From: Desulfomicrobium sp.
Lineage (GTDB): Bacteria > Desulfobacterota > Desulfovibrionia > Desulfovibrionales > Desulfomicrobiaceae
Length of the DNA stretch: 64,000 nucleotides
Direction of reading: 5' to 3'
Assembly: GCA_040768745.1 (NCBI GenBank)
Contig: JAXGMI010000001.1
Span: 1,408,001 to 1,472,000 of the forward strand
Shown: piece after piece, positions 9,426 to 16,822 of the stretch
Layout: the number at the start of each line of letters is the position of its first letter
Numbering within the stretch: the stretch's first letter is position 1
The notes under the pieces: model-generated
The model's input: only the letters and a program-made list of their open reading frames with translations
Told to the model about the DNA's origin: nothing
The model's database searches: none
Position numbers and translations under genes: made by a program

Positions 9426-10073
9426 GTGCAAGCGGAGGTGGCTTGGATGCATTGGGAAAAATTGCTTGGATATGAGCCTGCAAGCAGACTGCTTGTGAAA
9501 GACACAGGAGATCCGGCGCTTGTCCACATCCGAATCGTTGTCGAAGATGAAGAGAAAGACAAAGGCGCTATTCTGTGGGCTCTGCGCAAGACGTTTGAGA
9601 ATGGGCACGCCCTCCCGCCTGACCTTGGGCTTGCCGTCTGTGATCTTCTAGAGGCCAAGAACCCCGCCCATAAGCCCCCGACCCCAGACGCACAGAAGCT
9701 CCAGGGCCTAGCCAGTGCAGAGCTTTACGCGCAGATCCTCGGGGCTATCCGCGTCAAAAGAATAATGGAGGACCATCCTCGTTTTGCGGAAAAAGCCGCC
9801 CTTGACCTTTGCAAGCATCCCGGCGCGGGCATGTCTGTGGGAACAACCAAGTTCAAAGAATTTGAGAGGGTGCATCGGCTGGCGATTCTGTGTGGAGAGG
9901 TCCGGGAGATCCACAAGATGCTTGCCGACGGCATCATCACAATCGAAGGCGACTACCAGAAATGGATCAAGGCGCTCAAAAAATGCAAATTTCTTCCAGT
10001 AACCCAGACGTGCCGAGACCGCCTAGAGTGGATGTTCAAGAAAAACAGTCAATTAGATAGGTCGGGCAACTGA
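9426..10073 (+). CDS. Hypothetical protein (215 aa) in the element
   Basis: Long ORF co-oriented with int; start may be ATG at 9447; no family recognised. Confidence 0.7.
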   Translation: MQAEVAWMHWEKLLGYEPASRLLVKDTGDPALVHIRIVVEDEEKDKGAILWALRKTFENGHALPPDLGLAVCDLLEAKNPAHKPPTPDAQKLQGLASAELYAQILGAIRVKRIMEDHPRFAEKAALDLCKHPGAGMSVGTTKFKEFERVHRLAILCGEVREIHKMLADGIITIEGDYQKWIKALKKCKFLPVTQTCRDRLEWMFKKNSQLDRSGN

Positions 10074-10173
10074 CGACTTAAAAGCCCCTCTCATAAGCGT
10101 TTCTTCTCTCTATTTTCTAGCCGTGTTCTGCAATCCCGCAGTTCACGGCTTTTTACTTTTCCGAGGTAATCAC

Positions 10174-10353
10174 ATGGAACGAGTAAACGAGAAAGAAGCG
10201 GCAAAGTATCTTGGAATGTCAGTCAAGTGGTTGCAGCAGTCGCGGTGCTACGGACGCGGCCCGAAGTACATCAAGATCGGTCGGAGCGTCCGCTACAACG
10301 TCACCGATCTGGATCTGTACATCAAGTCCCGCACGATCAACCCAGCAGTGTAG
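10174..10353 (+). CDS. AlpA/excisionase-like HTH protein
   Basis: NEKEAAKYLGMSVKWLQQSR..GRGPKYIKIGRSVRY; GAGGT RBS. Confidence 0.88.
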   Translation: MERVNEKEAAKYLGMSVKWLQQSRCYGRGPKYIKIGRSVRYNVTDLDLYIKSRTINPAV

Positions 10354-10364
10354 GGGGTGCGACT

Positions 10365-10580
10365 ATGAAGCCAACAGAATTCACCGTCACGACTGCGGAG
10401 TATATCTCCCTGGCTGGCATCAATCCCAAGGGCCTGCAACAGTATCTGCGGGATGCGAAGGTCAAGGGCCGCGACTACATCGTCACCGGCAACCCGGACT
10501 GCATGGAGTTGTATTTTCGGAAGATCAACGGCCGCATCTATTTCAACCGGGCACAGATCGAAGTGCTCGTGCAGGAATAA
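10365..10580 (+). CDS. Small hypothetical protein (71 aa)
   Basis: GGGGG RBS and ATG; KINGRIYFNR ending resembles a second Xis-like wing. Confidence 0.6.
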   Translation: MKPTEFTVTTAEYISLAGINPKGLQQYLRDAKVKGRDYIVTGNPDCMELYFRKINGRIYFNRAQIEVLVQE

Positions 10581-10591
10581 GGAGTGGCAAC

Positions 10592-10825
10592 ATGATGACA
10601 ATGAAAAAGCCCGCCGGGCAAGGGCGAGCTTATGAGACCGGGCGCGGCGGTGATCCAAAAATCCGCAAAAAAAGCATGGCCGAAAATGACATTATTGTCA
10701 AGCTCTGCCATGCTTACGCCGGTCTCTTGAACGCTATGTTCATGCCCCTCTGCAATAATGCATCGGCATCGTTGGCAAGTTCATTTCTACCCAACCGGGA
10801 AACCCAACTCGGGAGGGCAAAATGA
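10592..10825 (+). CDS. Small hypothetical protein upstream of the replicase
   Basis: AAGGAG RBS; MMTMKKPAGQG...; ATGA overlap with rep. Confidence 0.5.
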   Translation: MMTMKKPAGQGRAYETGRGGDPKIRKKSMAENDIIVKLCHAYAGLLNAMFMPLCNNASASLASSFLPNRETQLGRAK

Positions 10826-13200
10826 ACGCAGAAATTACAAACGGCATCTTTATCGACACGCTTTTCGGCAAGCTCCCTGCAGACGCTTGCGTACCTGTGG
10901 CAAGCATCAAAGACGTATCTGCCCCAGGATGGCCAGCTGATAGTTTTGTGAATGGCCAGGAATTTACGGTGCGTCATGGCTGGAATAGCTACTATTGCTT
11001 GGGCATCCATCGCAAGGACGACCCCCAGCCACGGAGAAAAGAGAGCTGCCTAGGTCTATGCATGGTCATGCTCGACGACGTTGGGACGAAGGCAGATCGT
11101 GACAAGATCGATCTGACGCCGACCTACGCAATAGAGACCAGCTCTGGCAACTTCCAACTTGGCTACAGGCTGACCGTCCGCGTCACCGACATGGGACTTA
11201 TTGATCGGCTGGGCAAGGCAATTATCAGGAAGGGACTCTCTGACCCTGGAGCTGGTGGTCTAGGGACGAGATACGCCAGGCTCCCACAGTGCTGGAACAG
11301 CAAGTCCAATCCGCCGTTTCAGTGCCGATTGACCGAGTGGAACCCCGAGATTGCCTACTCTCCACAGGAGCTGATTGACGGTCTCGGTCTGGAGTTGGAC
11401 CCGCCCAAGCCCGAGCGCAAGGCCGCCGATCCCACCAAGAGGCAGTGTCTCTCTGAAATTGACCCGTATGTCCGCAAGGCTCTGGAAAATGAGTGCGCAT
11501 CCGTGGCGAGCGCTCCACAGGGACAGCGCAACGCGCAACTAAACCAGTCATCCTTCGCAATTGGTCAGTTTGTCGGCGGCGGTGAACTTGACGAGCAAGA
11601 GGCCGTCAACGCTCTGCAGCAGGCAGCGGCGGCTTGTGGGCTGGGAGAGACCGAAGCTGACAAGACAATCCGGTCGGGCCTGACTGCAGGCATGGCTGAA
11701 CCCCGCCCGGCCCCAGGAGAGAGTGATTGGAACCCCGACGGCGGGCAGCGGGCCGGGAAGAGTAAATTCGTAAATTCGTTAAATTCGTCTGTTAGTAACG
11801 AAGATCCTGACGCCTGGGCCCCTACGATCAGGACATGGCCCAAACTCGAACGAGCTGCGCTTCCCGGCATCGTGGGTGACTTCGTAGACCTGGCCACGGA
11901 CGGCAGTGAAGCAGATCCGGCGGCGGTGCTGGCAACCATGCTTGTGCGCTTTGGCGTGGAGGCTGGCTCTCCCGAGCCAAGCGCCCGCCCCCACGTCTAT
12001 GTGGGCGAGTCCAGACATGAATCCCGCATCAATGCCGTCATCGTCGGCAGGTCGGCCAAGGCCAGAAAGGGCACGTCCGGTGCTCCCGTGGCCAGGCTGT
12101 TCAAAGTTCCCGAGGGCAGCGTGGACGCCCCTGTCATGGGTGCAACAAGTCTAGGCCCTCTCTCGACGGGTGAGGGCATCGTCTACGCAGTGCGTGATGC
12201 TCTGGAGTCGTGGGACGAGAAAGAGCAGGAATTCAAGGTCACAGACCCCGGCGTGAAGGACAAGCGCCTCTACGTCCAAGAGGAGGAGTTTGCAGCGGCG
12301 ATCAACGCCGGGAAGCGTGACGGCAATACTCTTTCGGCTACCCTTCGCGCCCTGTGGGATTCGGGAACCCGTAGCCCGATGACCAAGACCTCAAGGACGA
12401 AATGCACAGACGCGCACGTCGGTATCCTGGCCCATATCACAATCGATGAATTGGCCATGAGCCTGTCTGCCTGCGACAAGCTGAACGGCTACGCCAACCG
12501 CTTTCTGTGGGTGCTGGCCAGACGTACCAAGCGCGTGCCCAGGCCCCGGAGAATGCCCGACGATCTGTTCATCCCGATCCGCAATGAAATATGGCGTCGG
12601 CTTAACCTGGCTCATGCTGCTGGTCGGATGCGTCTGACCCCGGCTGCGGGCGATCTGTGGGATGCGGAATATGATCGGCTGACCGAGGACCGGCCCGGCA
12701 TCGCTGGTGCTATTACGGCGCGTGCAGAGGCGCAGGTGGTCAGGCTCTCCATGATCTATGCCCTCTGTGGCGGGCAACCCGAGATCGACGCCGCGCACGT
12801 CCAGGCAGCGCTGGCCCTGTGGCGGTATGCCCAAGCATCTGCAGAGTATATCTTCAACGAGGACTCTGTGGGCAGCAAGCTGGACTGCAAGGTCAAAGAG
12901 ATCCTCTCGTGCGTGCCTGCTGGGATGAGCTTGACCGAGATCCACAACGCCACGGGGAACAACCACAAGGCTGCAGATCTGCGTAACTCCATCCAGAGGC
13001 TTGTGGACGCCGGGCTGGTCAGAAGCGAGTCAGTCAGATCCGAGGGTGCGGCGAAGCCGAAGACCGTTTTTTTCTCAAACGAAGAAACTAATTTTACGAA
13101 TTTACGAATTTACTCCGACGAGGAGCAAGACAGTAAATTCGTAAATTCGTTAAATTCGTACATTCGTACGGATGAAATCCCCGACGAGGTGACGATATGA
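10822..13200 (+). CDS. Replicase: RepB-like primase + PriCT-like + DUF3987 domains
   Basis: MLDDVGTK...ETSSGNFQLGY...TRYARLP (RepB-type primase); GQRNAQLNQSSF (PriCT-like); STGEGI...EEEF...LWDSG (DUF3987/YfjI-like); C-terminal winged-helix-like segment. Confidence 0.8.
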   Translation: MNAEITNGIFIDTLFGKLPADACVPVASIKDVSAPGWPADSFVNGQEFTVRHGWNSYYCLGIHRKDDPQPRRKESCLGLCMVMLDDVGTKADRDKIDLTPTYAIETSSGNFQLGYRLTVRVTDMGLIDRLGKAIIRKGLSDPGAGGLGTRYARLPQCWNSKSNPPFQCRLTEWNPEIAYSPQELIDGLGLELDPPKPERKAADPTKRQCLSEIDPYVRKALENECASVASAPQGQRNAQLNQSSFAIGQFVGGGELDEQEAVNALQQAAAACGLGETEADKTIRSGLTAGMAEPRPAPGESDWNPDGGQRAGKSKFVNSLNSSVSNEDPDAWAPTIRTWPKLERAALPGIVGDFVDLATDGSEADPAAVLATMLVRFGVEAGSPEPSARPHVYVGESRHESRINAVIVGRSAKARKGTSGAPVARLFKVPEGSVDAPVMGATSLGPLSTGEGIVYAVRDALESWDEKEQEFKVTDPGVKDKRLYVQEEEFAAAINAGKRDGNTLSATLRALWDSGTRSPMTKTSRTKCTDAHVGILAHITIDELAMSLSACDKLNGYANRFLWVLARRTKRVPRPRRMPDDLFIPIRNEIWRRLNLAHAAGRMRLTPAAGDLWDAEYDRLTEDRPGIAGAITARAEAQVVRLSMIYALCGGQPEIDAAHVQAALALWRYAQASAEYIFNEDSVGSKLDCKVKEILSCVPAGMSLTEIHNATGNNHKAADLRNSIQRLVDAGLVRSESVRSEGAAKPKTVFFSNEETNFTNLRIYSDEEQDSKFVNSLNSYIRTDEIPDEVTI
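11761..11788 (+). repeat. Iteron-like repeat (TAAATTCG x3) inside rep
   Basis: AGTAAATTCGTAAATTCGTTAAATTCGT, identical to 13132-13159. Confidence 0.85.
13096..13159. repeat. Inverted and tandem iterons, putative replication origin
   Basis: 19-bp perfect IR, 13096-13114 / 13132-13150, built from TAAATTCG units; AT-rich flank. Confidence 0.8.
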
Positions 13201-13502
13201 ACGCCGTCACCGTCATCCGCGCCCGTGGCGCAATCCCACGTATCGACGCGGCCGGGAACCTGGCTCTTGACCTCTCCCGCGTGCCGAAATCGCTCCGGCC
13301 CGAGGTCGTGAACCTGGCCAGGCAACACAAGACCGACATCATCAACGAGTTGAGCGGAGGGCCTGCGGGCTCTCCCGCTCCATCCATCCCGTGGGCCTGC
13401 CCTCTCGGGCATCGTGAGTTCTGGCTCTCCGACTACAATCTGAAGATCTGCGCCAAGTGCCATCCCCGGCCGGTCAAGGGAGGTGCTGCATGGAAGCAAT
13501 GA
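13197..13502 (+). CDS. Hypothetical protein with C-terminal Cys/His cluster
   Basis: ATGA overlap with rep; CPLGH...CAKCH. Confidence 0.65.
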   Translation: MNAVTVIRARGAIPRIDAAGNLALDLSRVPKSLRPEVVNLARQHKTDIINELSGGPAGSPAPSIPWACPLGHREFWLSDYNLKICAKCHPRPVKGGAAWKQ

Positions 13503-13720
13503 CCGAGCGCCTGCTGGATCTGTGGATGAAGGCGAAGCTGGCCGATAAGGACGGATTCCTTCTCATGGTCGGCGGCGGGCATAGTGGGATGCCGTGGTGG
13601 AACCGAGCGCACGTCAACGAGATGCTGGCAGCGTGGCGGGCTCTCCCGAAGCATACGCAGACGGCATTCCTGACCGTGGCCGTCAACGAGGAGCCAGAGG
13701 TGCGTCATGAGGACGCCTGA
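13490..13720 (+). CDS. Hypothetical protein
   Basis: GGAGGT RBS; MEAMTERLLDLW... Confidence 0.6.
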   Translation: MEAMTERLLDLWMKAKLADKDGFLLMVGGGHSGMPWWNRAHVNEMLAAWRALPKHTQTAFLTVAVNEEPEVRHEDA

Positions 13721-13877
13721 CATTCACGAGCGCATCGCCACGGCTGAGGACGAAATAAAGGGCCTTGAATCCATGATCGACGCCAGGACGCGGAAGTTAT
13801 GGGCTGAGATCCAGAAGCTACAGGCCGAAGTCCTCGAACTACGCAACAAAGACAACGCCAAGGAGCCACAAACATGA
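13707..13877 (+). CDS. Small coiled-coil protein (56 aa, below the ORF-track cutoff)
   Basis: GAGGT RBS; MRTPDIHERIATAEDEIKGLESMIDARTRKLWAEIQKLQAEVLELRNKDNAKEPQT*; ATGA overlap with the next gene. Confidence 0.6.
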   Translation: MRTPDIHERIATAEDEIKGLESMIDARTRKLWAEIQKLQAEVLELRNKDNAKEPQT

Positions 13878-14332
13878 AGCCAAGTGCATGGTTAGGAGTT
13901 GACCCCGGAAAGTCGGGTGCGTGCGCCGTCATCCACGACGGTGGGCACCTCGTTGCAGATTGGCCTGGAGATCCGGCTGGAGCTGCTGAAGTGCTGCGCG
14001 GGTGGCTGGACCGCTTCGAGATCCGTCTGGCGGCCCTGGAGAAAGTTGGAGCCCGGCCCGGTCAAGGTGTCTCGTCTATGTTCAGTTTCGGCCGCAACCT
14101 CGGGGTGTGGGAAGGTATCTTTGCCTGTCTGCGCATCCCCTACGTCATGCCGACGCCGCAACAGTGGCAGAAAGGACTTGTCATGCCATCCGACGGGGCA
14201 GACCCGAAGGACCGCGCCCTGACCGTAGCCAGGCGACTTTTCCCGGACGCAGACTTGCGCTTGAAAAAGCATGACGGCCGAGCTGACGCCCTGCTGCTGG
14301 CATGGTGGGCAAGGAGACAGACTGCAATATGA
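13874..14332 (+). CDS. Phage-type RuvC-like Holliday junction resolvase
   Basis: GVDPGKSGA, LEKVGARPGQGVSSMFSFG, PQQWQK, HDGRADALLLA. Confidence 0.85.
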   Translation: MKPSAWLGVDPGKSGACAVIHDGGHLVADWPGDPAGAAEVLRGWLDRFEIRLAALEKVGARPGQGVSSMFSFGRNLGVWEGIFACLRIPYVMPTPQQWQKGLVMPSDGADPKDRALTVARRLFPDADLRLKKHDGRADALLLAWWARRQTAI

Positions 14333-14517
14333 CAGCAATGGATGAATTACTAATTCACGACCGCATATCACAATGGCCTGGAATTGCGATAAAAGTTACT
14401 TTGAACCCAACCGGCTACCCTACCCTAAGTCCAGAGTTGGCAGTAAATGGACTGCGTTATCTTGTCCAGAAAATGCCGATGCCCGTATATTCTGTCCTAA
14501 CGGAGGCGCCGACATGA
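14329..14517 (+). CDS. Small hypothetical protein
   Basis: ATGA overlaps on both sides. Confidence 0.5.
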   Translation: MTAMDELLIHDRISQWPGIAIKVTLNPTGYPTLSPELAVNGLRYLVQKMPMPVYSVLTEAPT

Positions 14518-14723
14518 AAGAAAATAAACCCCCGGTCAGTTGTCCTACTTGTGGCGGGTGCGACACGATACGACGCAGAGGTCCACAAGGTCTATGCGAG
14601 ACCTGTTATCAGCAGAGACACGAATGTCGGAGCTGTGGCCAGCGCTTTTTGAGCTTTTGGGACTTGTCCTCGACGCGCTGTTACGGTGCCGCCCCCCGTC
14701 TGGAGGTGGTCGCCAATGCCTGA
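14514..14723 (+). CDS. Zinc-finger protein, Ogr/Delta-like candidate activator
   Basis: CPTCGG...RHECRSCGQRF; GGAGG RBS. Confidence 0.55.
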   Translation: MKENKPPVSCPTCGGCDTIRRRGPQGLCETCYQQRHECRSCGQRFLSFWDLSSTRCYGAAPRLEVVANA

Positions 14724-15174
14724 AAAAACAGCTCGGAAACAGACCTCCACACGATTCAAGCCGGGCAGATCCGGCAACCCTGCAGGACGCCCCAAGGGTG
14801 CGCGGAATAGGGCCTCTGTGTTGGCGCAGGCGCTCATGGAAGATCAGACCGCGGCCGTGGTGCAGACCGTCATCAATGCGGCCCTCACGGGCGATATGAC
14901 CGCGTGCAAGCTCATTGTGGAACGGCTCATTCCGCCGGTGAAGGAACGGACCATTGACGCGGATCTGAAGTTGCCCGCGACCATTACGGCCGCAAATGCC
15001 GGTGCTGTTTTTGCGGAGATCTTCAAGGCCGTCTCCGGCGGGCGGCTTGTCCCTGGCGAGGGCAAGGTGCTGGTGGAGATGATGAACGCCTATTTGAGCG
15101 CCTGCGAATACAGCGAGCTGTCCGAGCGCATTTCCGAGTTGGAGGAAACAGCTCCGAGGAACAAGCGATGGTAG
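14716..15174 (+). CDS. DUF5681-domain protein (terminase-small-subunit-like)
   Basis: RFKPGRSGNPAGRPKGARN signature; GDMTACKLIVERL; GGAGGT RBS. Confidence 0.8.
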   Translation: MPEKTARKQTSTRFKPGRSGNPAGRPKGARNRASVLAQALMEDQTAAVVQTVINAALTGDMTACKLIVERLIPPVKERTIDADLKLPATITAANAGAVFAEIFKAVSGGRLVPGEGKVLVEMMNAYLSACEYSELSERISELEETAPRNKRW

Positions 15175-15554
15175 CCGCGTCATCCCTACGCAGGCGGCTG
15201 CGCAAATTGCCCCAGGCGAAGCCCGCGCCTGTGTGCTGGACAATCGACGTTTACCCCGACGGTCGGGAGCTGGACCATTGGACCGGTCGGCCGTGGCCCG
15301 TGCCGGAATACCTAGCCCGCCCGGCTGGAGCGCCTGACCTGGTGCTGCGGCTGACGATGGGCGACGATGGCGAGGTGGGGGCGTTGGGGGAACATGGAGA
15401 TGGTCCGGGACGTGGGCACAAAAGAGTTGATAATATAAACTCTTTAACCACCACCAACCAGGTTCAGGTTGATAATATCAACTTGAAAACCAAAGGCGGC
15501 ACCGACCCCACTTACCTACTCGCCAGGATGCAACGCCCTCGTGGAATGAGGTGA
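15168..15554 (+). CDS. Hypothetical protein, possibly chimeric 3' end
   Basis: GAGGA RBS; SLRRRLRK N-terminus; 3' end contains two DNA palindromes. Confidence 0.55.
   Translation: MVAASSLRRRLRKLPQAKPAPVCWTIDVYPDGRELDHWTGRPWPVPEYLARPAGAPDLVLRLTMGDDGEVGALGEHGDGPGRGHKRVDNINSLTTTNQVQVDNINLKTKGGTDPTYLLARMQRPRGMR
15421..15487. repeat. Two 25-bp near-palindromes with core GTTGATAATAT(A/C)AAC
   Basis: AAAGAGTTGATAATATAAACTCTTT (15421-15445) and TTCAGGTTGATAATATCAACTTGAA (15463-15487). Confidence 0.85.
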
Positions 15555-15558
15555 CGGC

Positions 15559-15834
15559 ATGAAAGGAACCGAATCTTTACGCCGTCGCCTGCGCAAAATG
15601 TCCAACGAGTTGCCCGAAGGGATGCAGAACCTTCCCCGCGTGCTGGAGTACGACGAGAGCGATCCTGCAGGCCCGTGGGATGGATTCAAGACCAGGGAAG
15701 AGGCCGCGGACTACTGGTGGAAGGTGCATCGAAGCCGGATCTCTTTCGTGACGTACAACCCGGACGGCTCCGACGATATGTGGGGCACGCCGCTGCCAGG
15801 CGAACCGGATTATACTGATTGGTTTATCGGCTGA
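15559..15834 (+). CDS. Hypothetical protein
   Basis: GAGGTG RBS; shares SLRRRLRK N-terminus with the preceding ORF. Confidence 0.65.
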   Translation: MKGTESLRRRLRKMSNELPEGMQNLPRVLEYDESDPAGPWDGFKTREEAADYWWKVHRSRISFVTYNPDGSDDMWGTPLPGEPDYTDWFIG

Positions 15835-15877
15835 AAAATTTAACCGCCCGAGAGACCGGGCGCGGAGGTAAAGAGAA

Positions 15878-16822
15878 ATGGCAGTTCAGAAATTAGGCAA
15901 TGGCCGATTCAAGGTTTTTCACAAGGAAGTGGCCGCGCCCACGGCGGAAATGGAACACCTGCGCAGTCAGGCCCCGCGGACGCCCACGGGACTTTCCGGC
16001 TTTTTGCAGGGTAGCCTGCACGCGAACGGCTTCAAACAACTTCGCGCGTATGTCGCGAACAGTGACAGCGAGTGGACGCGCCAACAGATTCTCGACATGG
16101 ACAACTCCTTGTCGAACATAGCCGACGAGATCCAGTTGGACGACAAGTTGACCAAGGCCCGCAACACCGTGCTGGACGTGGATTTGACCGACGCGGCCCG
16201 CCGCAAGCGTGCGCTGGTGATTATTGCGGACCTGCTGGCCGACATTCACGGACGCCACGGGCGAGTGGTGGCTCGCGCCATGACAGCGCTGAATGAAGCC
16301 GTGGACGTGGTGAAACTGGCCCTTGCGCCCGACCTGACCGGCAACGAGCAGGTGCGGGAGCTGCGAGCGCAGGAAGTCCGCCGCGCCATCTTCGACACGG
16401 ACAAGGGGGAACGTGCGGCACTGGTGCTGGACCTGGGCAACCGTGCGGCCCTGGAAGGGCTGCTGGCCGTGGAAAGTTGTCCCTTGGGACGCTTGGTTGA
16501 GCCGGAGGTTGTGGGCCAGGCGAAGCGTGGCGCGCTGTCCAAGATGGGCGTGGACTTTCTGCTGGATCAGATCGAGGACCGCCGGGACATCCTGCGCAAC
16601 GTGGCCGCGCGCTGCGACATGCTGGAACAGGGCATCAGAGAGTTTCTTTCGGCCTATGGCGTGAAGCCCGCCGCGCCTGTGACCTGGATAGTAGCCACGG
16701 CGTCCGCCATCGAGGAGAGCGGACGATTCTTGACGATTCCGGGTGGCGGTGGCGTCCATTACCGCGCCCCGGAACCGCCGCCGGTTGAGGATGAGGGCGG
16801 AGAAGGCGAAGGCGAGGGATAG
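15878..16822 (+). CDS. Hypothetical helical protein (314 aa) with acidic Gly-rich tail
   Basis: GGAGGT RBS; GC3-rich codons; ends PPPVEDEGGEGEGEG. Confidence 0.8.
   Translation: MAVQKLGNGRFKVFHKEVAAPTAEMEHLRSQAPRTPTGLSGFLQGSLHANGFKQLRAYVANSDSEWTRQQILDMDNSLSNIADEIQLDDKLTKARNTVLDVDLTDAARRKRALVIIADLLADIHGRHGRVVARAMTALNEAVDVVKLALAPDLTGNEQVRELRAQEVRRAIFDTDKGERAALVLDLGNRAALEGLLAVESCPLGRLVEPEVVGQAKRGALSKMGVDFLLDQIEDRRDILRNVAARCDMLEQGIREFLSAYGVKPAAPVTWIVATASAIEESGRFLTIPGGGGVHYRAPEPPPVEDEGGEGEGEG

Noticed and set aside
13874..14332. RuvC-like protein as an RNA-guided effector (TnpB/Cas12/Tas) for the array
   Set aside because: At 152 aa it is a compact resolvase with no room for an RNA-binding lobe, and it sits in the replication module.
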